A stretch of DNA of 64,000 bases from Algiphilus sp. Its GTDB lineage: Bacteria > Pseudomonadota > Gammaproteobacteria > Nevskiales > Nevskiaceae. Positions 8,441 to 17,751 of the stretch are shown here, piece after piece. Made by a program: the position numbers and the translations under genes. Numbering within the stretch: position 1 is the first letter of the stretch; every line of letters starts with the position of its first letter. The stretch lies in the NCBI RefSeq assembly GCF_965249985.1, contig NZ_OZ252280.1, one strand, 5' to 3'. A model generated the notes under the pieces. That model searched no databases. It saw only the letters and a list, made by a program, of their open reading frames with translations, and had not been told where the DNA came from.

Positions 8441-10231
8441 ATGGCCGATTACCGCGCGCCGACCCGAGACATGCAATTCGTTCTGCACGAGATGCTGGAT
8501 GTACAGACCGCTTTCCAGCAGTTGCAGGGCTGCGACGAGATCGATGCCGATCTCGTCAATCAGGTCCTGGACGAGGCCGCAAAGTTCAGCAGTGAAGTGC
8601 TCGCGCCGCTCAATCAGCCGGGCGATGCCGAGGGTTGCCATATCGACGACGCCGGCAATGTGACGGCACCCCAAGGTTTTCGTGACGCCTACCAGCAGTA
8701 TGTCGAGGCCGGCTGGCCATCCCTGGCGTGTTCACCGGATTTCGGCGGGCAGGGCCTGCCGGAAATCGTCAATAACGTCCTCTACGAGATGCTGAATTCG
8801 GCCAATCAGGCGTGGACCATGTACCCGGGGCTGACCCACGGCGCCTACGCCTGCCTCGCGGCACACGGCACCGAGGCGGTTCAGCAGACCTATTTGCCCA
8901 AGATCGTGGAGGGCACCTGGACCGGCACCATGTGCCTGACCGAATCGCATTGCGGCACCGATCTCGGTCTGCTGCGCACCAAGGCCGAGCCCAATGACGA
9001 TGGCTCCTACCGCCTCAGTGGCTCCAAGATCTTCATCAGCTCGGGCGAGCACGACCTTGCGGAGAACATCGTGCATCTCGTGCTGGCGCGGCTCCCGGAC
9101 GCCCCCGCCGGCACCAAGGGGATTTCCCTCTTTGTGGTCCCGAAGTTCCTGCCCGACGCGGACGGCAATCCCGGAGAACGCAACGGTATCCGCTGCGGCT
9201 CCATCGAACACAAGATGGGCATTCACGGCAACGCCACCTGCGTGATGAATCTGGACGACGCCAAGGGCTGGCTGGTCGGTGAGCCGCACAAGGGACTGCC
9301 CGCCATGTTCGTGATGATGAATGGCGCGCGTCTGGGCGTGGGCATGCAGTCGCTGGGCCTTGCCGAGGTGGCCTATCAGAACGCCGTCACCTACGCGCGC
9401 GACCGTTTGCAGATGCGCGCACTCTCCGGCCCGAAGGCCAAGGACAAGCCGGCCGATCCCATCATCGTGCATCCCGATGTCCGACGCATGCTGCTCACGC
9501 AGCGGGCCTACACCGAGGCAGCGCGCGCCTTCTGCTACTGGGTGGGCCTGATGATCGATACCGAGCATCGTCACGGCGACGAAGCCACCCGCAAGGAATG
9601 CGCCGACCTGGTGGCCTTGCTCACCCCGGTGGTCAAGGCCTTCATTACCGACAACACCTTCGAAACCACCAACCTCGCACTACAGTGCTATGGCGGCCAT
9701 GGCTACATTCAGGAATGGGGCATGGAGCAGTTCGTGCGCGACGCGCGTATCAACATGATCTATGAAGGCACCAATGGCATTCAGGCGCTGGATCTGATCG
9801 GCCGCAAGGTGCTGGGTGACGGTGGCGCTCGTCTGCGCCGTCTCGGCGCCATCATCGAAGCCTTCATCAAGGAGCAGAACGGCCGCGACGACATGAAGGA
9901 ATTCGTCGAACCCTTGGCGGATATCGGCGGGAAGCTCACGAAGCTGACCGGAGAACTGGGGCAGAAGGCGATGCAGAACCCGGAGGAAGCTGGCGCCGCG
10001 TCAACCGACTATCTGCGCGTACTGGGTCATACCGTCTATGCCTATCTGTGGGCGCGCATGGCGCGCGTGGCGCTGGACAACCGCACCGATGCCGAAGCCG
10101 CCTTCTATGACGCCAAGCTGGCCACTGCGCGCTTCTACTTTGCTCGACTGCTGCCTGAAACGGCCTATCACATCCGCGCCGCGCGCTCGGGTGTGGACAA
10201 CCTGATGGCGCTGACCGCCGAGCAGTTCTAG
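8441..10231 (+). CDS. Long-type acyl-CoA dehydrogenase (~596 aa, with C-terminal extension domain)
   Basis: 'WTGTMCLTESHCGTDLGLL', 'GEHDLAENIVHLVLARLPDAPAGTKGISLFVVPKF', 'QCYGGHGYIQEWGMEQFVRDARI'. It is a paralog of the gene at 39981..41732. Confidence 0.9.
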   Translation: MADYRAPTRDMQFVLHEMLDVQTAFQQLQGCDEIDADLVNQVLDEAAKFSSEVLAPLNQPGDAEGCHIDDAGNVTAPQGFRDAYQQYVEAGWPSLACSPDFGGQGLPEIVNNVLYEMLNSANQAWTMYPGLTHGAYACLAAHGTEAVQQTYLPKIVEGTWTGTMCLTESHCGTDLGLLRTKAEPNDDGSYRLSGSKIFISSGEHDLAENIVHLVLARLPDAPAGTKGISLFVVPKFLPDADGNPGERNGIRCGSIEHKMGIHGNATCVMNLDDAKGWLVGEPHKGLPAMFVMMNGARLGVGMQSLGLAEVAYQNAVTYARDRLQMRALSGPKAKDKPADPIIVHPDVRRMLLTQRAYTEAARAFCYWVGLMIDTEHRHGDEATRKECADLVALLTPVVKAFITDNTFETTNLALQCYGGHGYIQEWGMEQFVRDARINMIYEGTNGIQALDLIGRKVLGDGGARLRRLGAIIEAFIKEQNGRDDMKEFVEPLADIGGKLTKLTGELGQKAMQNPEEAGAASTDYLRVLGHTVYAYLWARMARVALDNRTDAEAAFYDAKLATARFYFARLLPETAYHIRAARSGVDNLMALTAEQF

Positions 10232-10241
10232 ACGATGTCCC

Positions 10242-10272
10242 ACGGCCCGTCCCGCACAAGCGGACGGGCCGT
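10242..10272 (+). terminator. Stem-loop downstream of the acyl-CoA dehydrogenase (11-bp stem, no clear U-tract)
   Basis: ACGGCCCGTCC ... GGACGGGCCGT with a 9-nt loop, starting 11 nt after the stop codon. No T-run follows, so terminator function is uncertain. Confidence 0.35.
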
Positions 10273-10425
10273 AGCCCTGCTCCGAAGGTGGCGTGCGGCC
10301 GCTGCCGCCCTGGGTGCGTCGATCCGCCCCGGGAGCCCCTCCTTCCATGGCCGCGGTGCCGCAGCCCCACCGGCGGATGGTCGCGAGCACGAGAATCCCA
10401 CATCGCTTTCCAGGAGAACAAGACC

Positions 10426-11901
10426 ATGGACCATCGCGAGTACCGCAAGCAGGATGCAGTCGGATTGGCGGCACTGCACGCCGAAGGCGCTGTCGATGCA
10501 GCGACGCTGCTGGGGTTGGCACAGGCGCGGTTGGCGGAAGTCAATCCGTTGCTCAATGCCGTGTGCATCGATATGCGCGAGCTGGCCGCCCGCCAGGTCC
10601 AGCAGTCGTTGAAAGGCGCCTTTGCAGGAGTGCCCTTTCTGATCAAGGACATCATTCAGGACTACGCCGGCGTACCGACCACGTCGGGCAGCCGCGCCCT
10701 GCGCGATGTCCGTCCGGCGCAACACGCGGACTACACCCAGCGGGTGCTGAATGCCGGCATGGTCATCTTCGGCAAGACGGCCACCCCTGAACTCGCCCTC
10801 AAAGGGGTGACCGAATCGGTTCTCTGGGGGGCGACGCGCAATCCGTGGCATCCGGACCACACCCCAGGCGGCTCCAGTGGCGGCGCTGCCGCTGCCGTGG
10901 CGGCCGGCGTGGTGCCAATGGCCGGCGCAAACGACGGTGGCGGCTCAATCCGTATTCCGGCGTCGCACTGCGGCCTGTTCGGGCTACGGCCCTCACGGGG
11001 ACGGGTACCCGTCACCCCCGGAATCGGTGAGCAGTGGGAGGGCGCCTCCAGCGACGGTGTGGTTTCGCGCAGCGTGCGCGATTCGGCGCGCATGCTGGAT
11101 GTGCTTTCAGGCCCCGGTCGGGGTGCGCCCTTCCACGTGGCGTCGCCGGCAGGCAGTTTCGAGTCCGCCGCCGCACGCGAACCTGGTCGGCTGCGCATTG
11201 GCTGGAGCAGCCGTTCGCCCATCGACGGCTCCGTCGACCCGGAGTGCGTCGCCACGGTCGAGCAAACCGCGAAGGCGCTGGAGGCGCTCGGCCACGAGGT
11301 CAGCGAGGCGGAGCCGCAAGTCGACGGCATGCTGGTCGCCCGAGCCTTCTTGACACTGTATTGCGGCCAGGTCGCCGCCAGCGTGGACAGCGCCGTCGCT
11401 CAAGGGGCGCGGGTGAGCGACTTCGAGCCGGATACGCGCACACTGGCGCTCATTGGGCGCAGCATGCCGGCCAGTGAGTACATCATCATGCGTCAGCGCT
11501 GGAACGAGATCTGTCAGGCGGTGGCCGGCTTCTATGGGCACTTCGATCTTTGGTTGTCGCCCACGGTGGCGGCACCGCCAGTACGCATCGGTGCTCTCGA
11601 TACCCCGCCCATGATGCGCATACTGCAGCGCACGGTGCTGCGCCTGCCGGTGGGTGGCCTTCTCCGCAAGAGCGGCATGGTGGATCGTCTTGCCTTCGAA
11701 AGCCTCGAGAAGACGCCCTTCACGCAGCTCGCCAATCTCACCGGCCAGCCTGCAATGTCAGTGCCGATGCATTGGACCGCCGAAGGCCTGCCAGTGGGCG
11801 CCCAGTTCACCGGTCCATGGGGGAGCGAAGAGACCTTGATTGCGCTGGCTGCCCAATTGGAGGCCGCGCATCCCTGGTTTGACCGTAGGCCGCCGCTCTA
11901 G
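10426..11901 (+). CDS. Amidase (amidase-signature family)
   Basis: SD 'CAGGAG' precedes ATG 10426. AS signature 'PGGSSGGAAAAVAAGVVPMAGANDGGGSIRIPASHCGLFGLRPSRG'. The track ORF start at 10288 is an Arg/Cys/Pro-rich extension. Confidence 0.88.
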   Translation: MDHREYRKQDAVGLAALHAEGAVDAATLLGLAQARLAEVNPLLNAVCIDMRELAARQVQQSLKGAFAGVPFLIKDIIQDYAGVPTTSGSRALRDVRPAQHADYTQRVLNAGMVIFGKTATPELALKGVTESVLWGATRNPWHPDHTPGGSSGGAAAAVAAGVVPMAGANDGGGSIRIPASHCGLFGLRPSRGRVPVTPGIGEQWEGASSDGVVSRSVRDSARMLDVLSGPGRGAPFHVASPAGSFESAAAREPGRLRIGWSSRSPIDGSVDPECVATVEQTAKALEALGHEVSEAEPQVDGMLVARAFLTLYCGQVAASVDSAVAQGARVSDFEPDTRTLALIGRSMPASEYIIMRQRWNEICQAVAGFYGHFDLWLSPTVAAPPVRIGALDTPPMMRILQRTVLRLPVGGLLRKSGMVDRLAFESLEKTPFTQLANLTGQPAMSVPMHWTAEGLPVGAQFTGPWGSEETLIALAAQLEAAHPWFDRRPPL

Positions 11902-12977
11902 CGCGCGGCCTCGTCGCCCTGATGGTTTTGTAGCTGCTCCCAGCGTTCGCGCGCCAGCGCCTGCATGTCGGCGACCGAGTCGGCCTCGTCCATGATTTCC
12001 AGGCCGAGCAGCGCTTCCACAATATCCTCGAAGGTGACCACGCCGCTGGTGGCGCCATACTCATCCACCACCACGGCGAGCTGCAGGCGCTCGCTGGTGA
12101 GGCGGCGCAGCAGCTGTGGCAGACGCATCGACTCGAGCACGAACAATGCCTCGCGCGCCAGAGTGCCGATCAAGCGGTCCCCTTCGCCGCGCGCGGCCGC
12201 GGAGAGGATGTCGTGTTTCATGACCAGACCGGTGACCTGGTCGATGTGACCCTCATAGACCGGCAGGCGAGAGACGGGGAGCTCGGGGTGGCGGGCCAGA
12301 AAATCGGCCACGCGCTCTTCGGCATCGGCGGCAATGACGACCGTGCGCGGTGTCATGACCTCGCGCGCACGGGTTTCCCGAAAACTCAACAGATTGCCGA
12401 TGACAGCGGCCTCGGAAGCATCGAGCCGTCCCTCACTGCGCCCAAGTTCCGCCATGGCCAGAAAGTCGGCCCGCGTGAAGGCCGGGGCACGTTCGCTGCG
12501 CTTGAGGTAGCGGGTGATGCCTTCGCTCAGCCGCACGAGTGGGTAGAGCACCAGAATGAGAATCTTCAAGCACCGCACCGTAATGGGAACGAAGCGCTCC
12601 CAATAACTCGCCCCCAGTGTCTTGGGGATGATTTCAGAGAAAATGAGGATGGCCAGCGTGGTCGCGGCCGCCACAATGGCTTCCAGACTGAGCTGAACAC
12701 CGAGTACGGAGAAGGCCATGGTGCCGAACAGCGCGTTGGCCTGCGCGCCCACACCGATGGCGCCCACTGTATGGGCGATGGTGTTGAGCGTGAGAATGGC
12801 CGACAGCGGGCGATCGATATCGCGCTTGAATTCAGACAGCAGGCGGCCGGTGGCGCGTCCTTCGGACACGCTGCGCGTGACATAGCTGGGCGTGACCGAG
12901 AGCAGGACCGATTCCCACATCGAACAGGCAAAGGACACCAGCAGGGCCAGCGCGAGAAAGACAAACAGCAACAGCAT
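11898..12977 (-). CDS. CNNM/DUF21 + CBS-pair membrane protein (HlyC/CorC-type transporter family, no CorC_HlyC C-domain seen)
   Basis: Starts 'MLLLFVFLALALLVSFACSMWESVLLSVTPSYV' at internal Met 100 of track ORF 11898..13274. 'FSEIIPKTLG' is typical of DUF21. CBS region 'VMTPRTVV...VYEGHIDQVTGLV...VVVDEYGATSGVVTFEDIVEALLG'. Confidence 0.85.
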   Translation of the reverse strand: MLLLFVFLALALLVSFACSMWESVLLSVTPSYVTRSVSEGRATGRLLSEFKRDIDRPLSAILTLNTIAHTVGAIGVGAQANALFGTMAFSVLGVQLSLEAIVAAATTLAILIFSEIIPKTLGASYWERFVPITVRCLKILILVLYPLVRLSEGITRYLKRSERAPAFTRADFLAMAELGRSEGRLDASEAAVIGNLLSFRETRAREVMTPRTVVIAADAEERVADFLARHPELPVSRLPVYEGHIDQVTGLVMKHDILSAAARGEGDRLIGTLAREALFVLESMRLPQLLRRLTSERLQLAVVVDEYGATSGVVTFEDIVEALLGLEIMDEADSVADMQALARERWEQLQNHQGDEAAR

Positions 12978-13042
12978 GAAGGTGCCGAAGCGCGAATGTG
13001 GGACGCAGTCTAGCGTACCGCTGGCCGCCTCCCGCCGTTCAT

Positions 13043-13918
13043 CTAGTCCTCGAAGGCGCTGCGCAGCGCGTCGTAGGCCTTGCGCTGCTGCTCGGTCTTC
13101 GGCTCCGGCGCCACCACCTGCAGGATGGCGTAAGCGTCGCCGGTGGGTTTGCCAGGCAAGCCGCGGCCGCGCAGCCGCATCTTGCGGCCGCTCTTTGAGC
13201 CGGGGGGAACGGACATCGACACAGTGCCGCCGAGCGTCGGGATGGAAACCTGCCCGCCCACAGCGGCGGTCCATGCAGCAACTGGCACATCGACGTAGAT
13301 GTCTTTGCCATCCGGGCGCATGCCATCGCTCTCGCGCAACACGATTTCAAGCAGCAGGTCGCCGCCCTGCTGACCCTGGCCACTCAGCCGGATCACCTGG
13401 CCGCTGCTGACCCCCTTGGGAATCTTTACCGACAGGCGCTTGCCGCCGACGTTGATGGACCGGGTGGCGCCCTCAAAGCTCTCGCGCACACTCACGCTGA
13501 GCTTGGCGCGCGTTTCCGGTGCGGCACGCTGAAAGCTGCCCGCGCCGCGGTCGCCGAAAGGGTCGAAGCCGCTGCCTCCAGCCATGCCACCGCCGAACAA
13601 TGAGGAGAAGAAGTCGGAGAAGCCTCCGAAATCCTCGGTGCGTCGTCCACGCGCGAAGCCGCCTTCCCAACCGGGCGGCGGCCGGAACTGTTCACCGGCT
13701 TTCCAGTTGGCGCCCAGTTGGTCGTAGGCCTTCCGCTTTTCGGCGTCGGACAGCACTTCGTAGGCTTCGTTGATCTCTTTGAAGCGGGTTTCGGCGTCCT
13801 CCTCCTTGTTGCGGTCCGGGTGGTACTTGCGCGCAAGGCGACGGTAAGCGCGCTTGATCTCATCCGCGCTGGCGTTCTTTTCAACCTCGAGAATTTTGTA
13901 GTAGTCCTTGTATTCCAT
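13043..13918 (-). CDS. cbpA: Curved-DNA-binding protein CbpA (DnaJ-like co-chaperone lacking the Zn-finger domain)
   Basis: J-domain '[35 protein letters not shown]', a Gly/Phe-rich stretch, then DnaJ C-terminal domains. 291 aa. Confidence 0.88.
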   Translation of the reverse strand: MEYKDYYKILEVEKNASADEIKRAYRRLARKYHPDRNKEEDAETRFKEINEAYEVLSDAEKRKAYDQLGANWKAGEQFRPPPGWEGGFARGRRTEDFGGFSDFFSSLFGGGMAGGSGFDPFGDRGAGSFQRAAPETRAKLSVSVRESFEGATRSINVGGKRLSVKIPKGVSSGQVIRLSGQGQQGGDLLLEIVLRESDGMRPDGKDIYVDVPVAAWTAAVGGQVSIPTLGGTVSMSVPPGSKSGRKMRLRGRGLPGKPTGDAYAILQVVAPEPKTEQQRKAYDALRSAFED

Positions 13919-13936
13919 CGGTTGCGCTTACCTTGC

Positions 13937-13966
13937 AAAAAAGTGCGGGGCGCATGGGCGCCCCGC
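13937..13966 (-). terminator. Intrinsic terminator/attenuator between hsp20 and cbpA
   Basis: On the minus strand: 9-bp stem GCGGGGCGC / GCGCCCCGC, 4-nt loop, then TTTTTT. It ends only ~19 nt upstream of the cbpA ATG. Confidence 0.6.
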
Positions 13967-13988
13967 GTGGTTCCTCAGGGTCGCCCGT

Positions 13989-14426
13989 TCAGGCAGCGAC
14001 CGAGATGCGACGGGGCTGGCTGGATGCGCGCTTGGGAATCACCACCTCAAGCACTCCGTTGTTACCGCGTGCGGTGACATTATCGGCGTCAGCGGTGTCG
14101 GGCAGGGTAAAGCGACGATAGAAGCGGCCGTGCGCGCGCTCAACGCGGCGACGTTCGGTCTGCGATGCTTCGACCTGCGCTTCCCGTGCACCGGACAGTG
14201 TCAGCACCCCGTTTTCCAGTGTGACCTCGATCGACTGTGGGTCGATGCCGGGCACGTCGGCATAGATGGTGAACTGCTCCTGGTTTTCCTCGATGTCCAC
14301 AGGCGGGATCCAGTCCGCGGTCGCACCGCTGGACGAATCGTCCGGCTGCATGCGGCCGAAGGCCCGGTTCATTTCCTGCAACAGGTCGCGGTGCAGCGAC
14401 CACGGATCATGACGTACGACACTCAT
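13989..14426 (-). CDS. Small heat-shock protein, Hsp20/alpha-crystallin family (IbpA-like)
   Basis: SD AAGGAGG precedes ATG 14426. 'PPVDIEENQEQFTIYADVPGIDPQSIEVTLENGVLTLSGAR...RRFTLPDTADADNVTARGNNGVLEVVIPK'. Confidence 0.9.
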   Translation of the reverse strand: MSVVRHDPWSLHRDLLQEMNRAFGRMQPDDSSSGATADWIPPVDIEENQEQFTIYADVPGIDPQSIEVTLENGVLTLSGAREAQVEASQTERRRVERAHGRFYRRFTLPDTADADNVTARGNNGVLEVVIPKRASSQPRRISVAA

Positions 14427-14504
14427 AGCGACCTCCTTGTTGATTTGCCGAATCGCACTCAATGTGACCGGGCGGTTTGTCCTCGCCGATCACTCCACTG
14501 CACT

Positions 14505-14532
14505 AGATAGGGCCGGGTCTGCCGTATTCAAG
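14505..14532 (-). promoter_or_regulatory. Candidate sigma-32 (RpoH) heat-shock promoter for hsp20(-cbpA)
   Basis: The minus strand reads CCTCTTGAAT-acggcagacccgg-CCCTATCTA. The E. coli-type consensus is CCCTTGAA-N13-15-CCCCATnTA. It sits ~80 nt upstream of the hsp20 ATG. Confidence 0.5.
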
Positions 14533-14634
14533 AGGGCGCGCGGCGCTCCCCGGTGGCATTCCCCCTATAATTCGGCGCGCAGGATGCGCCCTTTGGGGGT
14601 GTGTCCCGACACTCCCGAAAGACAGTGAGCGATC

Positions 14635-15246
14635 ATGGAACAATCGAGCAACGTGGTGTGGCATATGCACCAGGTCACCCACGAGGACCGCGTACGCCAG
14701 ATGGGGCAGAAGCCGTGCATTCTCTGGTTCACCGGCCTGTCCGGCTCCGGCAAATCCACGCTGGCCAACGCGCTGGAGGGCGAGCTGTTCCGCTTTGGGC
14801 ACCACAGCTATCTGCTGGATGGCGACAACGTGCGCCACGGCCTCAACAAGGACCTCGGCTTTTCCGATGCGGATCGGGTGGAGAACATCCGGCGCATTGG
14901 TGAGGTCGCAAAGCTCTTCGTCGACGCCGGCATGATCGTGCTGACGGCTTTTATTTCGCCGTTCCGCTCGGATCGTGATCTGGTACGCCATCTGGTCGGT
15001 GACGGACAGTTCATCGAAGTCCACGTCAAGGCGCCGCTGGAAGTCTGCGAATCGCGCGACCCCAAAGGCCTGTATCGCAAGGCACGCGCCGGCGAAATCA
15101 AGCACTTCACCGGGATCGATTCACCCTACGAGGCGCCGGAACGCCCGGAAATCGTGATTGATACCGGGGCTGATGACCTCGAGACCTGCACTGGGCAACT
15201 GCTGGACTTCCTGGTGGCGCGCGGCGCGGTTTCCCGGCAGGGGTAA
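14635..15246 (+). CDS. cysC: Adenylylsulfate (APS) kinase
   Basis: '[20 protein letters not shown]', '[27 protein letters not shown]', '[10 protein letters not shown]'. 203 aa. Confidence 0.92.
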   Translation: MEQSSNVVWHMHQVTHEDRVRQMGQKPCILWFTGLSGSGKSTLANALEGELFRFGHHSYLLDGDNVRHGLNKDLGFSDADRVENIRRIGEVAKLFVDAGMIVLTAFISPFRSDRDLVRHLVGDGQFIEVHVKAPLEVCESRDPKGLYRKARAGEIKHFTGIDSPYEAPERPEIVIDTGADDLETCTGQLLDFLVARGAVSRQG

Positions 15247-15337
15247 AACCGGAGGTTATTAAAAGATCGGTTTTCGGTCTTTGTCATTCTGAAGGCCCTG
15301 CCCGATACTCCCCGCCCGCATGGAAGGGGAGGATCTG

Positions 15338-16855
15338 ATGCTTTTTCGACGTCTGCTGTGCGCCGGTGGCCTGCTCGCCGTACTGAGTACTCCTGCGGCC
15401 TTCGCCACCAACGGCTATTTCGCACACGGCTATAGCAATACCCAGCGCGCCATGGCTGGAGCGGCCACGGCCATGGCCGAAGACGCAATGGTGGTATCAG
15501 TCAACCCGGCCAACGGCGTGTGGGTAGGCAATGCCATCGACGGTGGCCTCAGTCTCTTCGCGCCCATCCGGGACTACACCGCTACCGCCCGTGGCGAGGG
15601 CGCCGGAGCCGGTATCCTGACGATCGCACCGATCGACGGCAAACGCAGCCAACGGCAGCGTTTCTACATCCCCGGCATCGGCTACAACGCCCTGATCGAC
15701 GAGCGCAGCGCCTGGGGCATCGCGATGTACGGCAATGGCGGACTCAACACCGTGTACGCGGGCAACTCGGCGCGCTTCGGCGACCAGCTACCCGGTTTTC
15801 AGACCGAGTGTGATGGCACTTTCGGCGGCGGCAATCCATTGGATGGGGCCTCCGACTTCGCGGGCTTCTGCGGCGGCGGGGATCCCAATGCCTCGGTGGA
15901 CCTTATCCAGCTCTTCATCGTGCCGCACTACTCGCGCAAGTTCGGCGAGCGCTTCTCCATCGGTATCGCGCCGATCTTCGCTGCGCAGCAGTTCGAATCC
16001 AAGGGGCTCAAGGCATTTGCCCAGTTCTCCAACGCGCCGGATCGGGTGTCCGACAACGGCCAGGATTTCAGCTTTGGCGGCGGTGGGCGTGTTGGCGTCT
16101 TCGGTCTCCCCTTTGATTGGCTGGCGGTGGGGGCCTCCTATCAGTCGCGCATCTATATGCAGCGCTTCGAAAAATACGAGGGACTTTTTGCCGAGCGGGG
16201 AGACTTTGACATTCCCTCCAACTGGAATGTGGGACTCGCTTTCCAGTTGCCCGGCAAGCAGCGGCTGGCGATCGACTACCAGCGCATGAATTTCAGCGAG
16301 ATCGCTTCGGTCGGTCGCCCGCTTGATCCCAACCGCTTCGTCAATGAATGCGCATTGCCGCGCTTGCTCGCCGCCCAGACCGGCGGTTTGCTCGGCGACG
16401 GAGGCGCTCGTCCGGCCTGTCTTGGTTCGGGTCAGGGCCCGGGCTTCGGTTGGCGCGATGTCGAGGTCGTGAAATTCGGCTACCAGGCAGTACTGGGCAG
16501 CTTTGTGTTCCGTGCCGGCTACAGCCGCGGCCGGCAACCGATCCCTTCATCGGAAGTGTTGTTCAACATTCTGGCGCCTGCGGTGCCGGAAGAGCACTAC
16601 ACAGCGGGCCTCAGCTTCCGCGTCTCACCACGGCTGAGTCTTGATCTTGCGGTGATGCATGCGCGTCACAACCCGGTATCCGGCAAGAACCCGCTCAGCA
16701 ATGTCGACGCCAACCTTCTGACGCTGCTCGGCAGCGGTGTGCTGCCCGGAGCGGTGGATACCTCCGAGTCCTTCGGCAGTGACGCGCAGGATCAGGATCT
16801 GATTCTCGACATGCGTCAGTACGAACTGACGGTGGGCTTCAGCTACCGCTTCTGA
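15338..16855 (+). CDS. Outer-membrane transport protein, OmpP1/FadL/TodX family
   Basis: Signal peptide 'MLFRRLLCAGGLLAVLSTPAAFA', then 'TNGYFAHGYSNTQRAMAGAATA'. The protein ends in an aromatic residue ('TVGFSYRF'), typical of beta-barrels. Confidence 0.8.
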   Translation: MLFRRLLCAGGLLAVLSTPAAFATNGYFAHGYSNTQRAMAGAATAMAEDAMVVSVNPANGVWVGNAIDGGLSLFAPIRDYTATARGEGAGAGILTIAPIDGKRSQRQRFYIPGIGYNALIDERSAWGIAMYGNGGLNTVYAGNSARFGDQLPGFQTECDGTFGGGNPLDGASDFAGFCGGGDPNASVDLIQLFIVPHYSRKFGERFSIGIAPIFAAQQFESKGLKAFAQFSNAPDRVSDNGQDFSFGGGGRVGVFGLPFDWLAVGASYQSRIYMQRFEKYEGLFAERGDFDIPSNWNVGLAFQLPGKQRLAIDYQRMNFSEIASVGRPLDPNRFVNECALPRLLAAQTGGLLGDGGARPACLGSGQGPGFGWRDVEVVKFGYQAVLGSFVFRAGYSRGRQPIPSSEVLFNILAPAVPEEHYTAGLSFRVSPRLSLDLAVMHARHNPVSGKNPLSNVDANLLTLLGSGVLPGAVDTSESFGSDAQDQDLILDMRQYELTVGFSYRF

Positions 16856-17189
16856 TCCCGCGAGCTCCTTCCCAACGGGGGGCTGACGCAGCCCGTGCAG
16901 GGGAAACGTGTGGCCCACGCCGCAGAACGCGCCACCAGTGCGACAGGGGCACCGATACGCCGGCCCCGCCGGCAAGCGCGGCAAGGCTACCCATTTGCAG
17001 GGCCAGTATGGCGAGGGCTTGCAGCGGCGCGATCGCGGGTAACAGCCAGGCGAGTGCGGCGGCCTGTACCAGCAGATTGGCCGGCAGATACTCGGCACGT
17101 TCTGAGGCGAACGGAAGCGCGCGGGCGCCGCGCCAGTGGCAGACCAATCCGAACCCTGCAAGCAGAAGTCCCACCACGATGAAATACAT
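16839..17189 (-). CDS. Possible small membrane protein (hypothetical)
   Basis: Internal Met of track ORF 16839..17264: 'MYFIVVGLLLAGFGLVCHW...LLVQAAALAWLLPAIAPLQALAILALQMGSLAALAGG'. The segments are hydrophobic and third codon positions are mostly G/C. No family was recognised, and its 3' end overlaps the fadL-like gene. Confidence 0.25.
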   Translation of the reverse strand: MYFIVVGLLLAGFGLVCHWRGARALPFASERAEYLPANLLVQAAALAWLLPAIAPLQALAILALQMGSLAALAGGAGVSVPLSHWWRVLRRGPHVSPARAASAPRWEGARGIRSGS

Positions 17190-17323
17190 ACCAGGCCGTG
17201 CCGTTGGACGATCGCTTGAGTAGAGCACGCCTTGGTAGTAAAAGCAAATGCGAACGATTCGCATGACGGGGCGCTTGGGCGATTGACCAAGGCCGGCGCT
17301 TGCCCTATATTGCGCGGCCGTTT

Positions 17324-17398
17324 GGGTGGTTAGCTCAGCGGTAGAGCACTGCCTTCACACGGCAGGGGTCACAAGTTCAAATCTTGTACCACCCACCA
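17324..17398 (+). tRNA. tRNA-Val (anticodon CAC), CCA encoded
   Basis: Manual cloverleaf: acceptor GGGTGGT/ACCACCC, D-arm GCTC-AGCGGTA-GAGC, anticodon arm CTGCC-TTCACAC-GGCAG, variable loop GGGTC, T-arm ACAAG-TTCAAAT-CTTGT, discriminator A, then CCA. Confidence 0.92.
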
Positions 17399-17413
17399 GT
17401 TGCACATCCTAAA

Positions 17414-17448
17414 GCCCCCGGCGCACCAGGTGCCGGGGGCTTTCTTCT
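17414..17448 (+). terminator. Rho-independent terminator after tRNA-Val
   Basis: GCCCCCGGC...GCCGGGGGC stem followed by TTTCTTCT. Confidence 0.65.
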
Positions 17449-17733
17449 GGGCGATGCGCGGTTGCGGGGAATGCTGAATCGCAAATCCGACGAACCGTCG
17501 CTCTGCCGCCGCCGGCCTTTGTCGCCGCGCTCCGCGGATCAGGAAGTAGGTCGCGGTGCTCGCAGAGGGCTTGAGGCCAGGAGGGAGATCCATCGACTCC
17601 GGCACGGCGCGGGGTGGCAGGCAACGCGGGTGAAGTGCATGCCGCGCGATCTCGCAGGATGCGTTGTCTTGGGATGTCACGGGCCTGTGGCAAGATGGAC
17701 GGCATTCGGGAGCGGGGTTTAGGGCAGGGCGTT

Positions 17734-17751
17734 CTTGCGAACAATCGCAAG
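17734..17751 (+). promoter_or_regulatory. Perfect 7-bp inverted repeat upstream of the 388-aa hypothetical gene
   Basis: CTTGCGA-acaa-TCGCAAG, ending 29 nt before ATG 17780. Function unknown; it could be an operator or a 5'-UTR hairpin. Confidence 0.25.

Noticed and set aside
12978-13274. N-terminal extension of the CNNM ORF. Similar extensions occur at 6104-6268 (OmpA), 10288-10425 (amidase), 39691-39933 (porin), 41733-41777 (acyl-CoA dehydrogenase), 49298-49489 (pqqE) and 50429-50746 (pqqC).
   Set aside because: The extensions are Arg/Pro/Cys-rich, lack signal peptides where one is expected, or run through the upstream gene in another frame. In each case an internal Met with an SD and the family-typical N-terminus is present.
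14427-14504. ROSE-type or fourU RNA thermometer in the hsp20 5' leader
   Set aside because: I wrote out the ~75-nt leader and found no U-rich or CCUCC-type stretch able to pair with the AAGGAGG SD. Only weak 4-bp helices are present.
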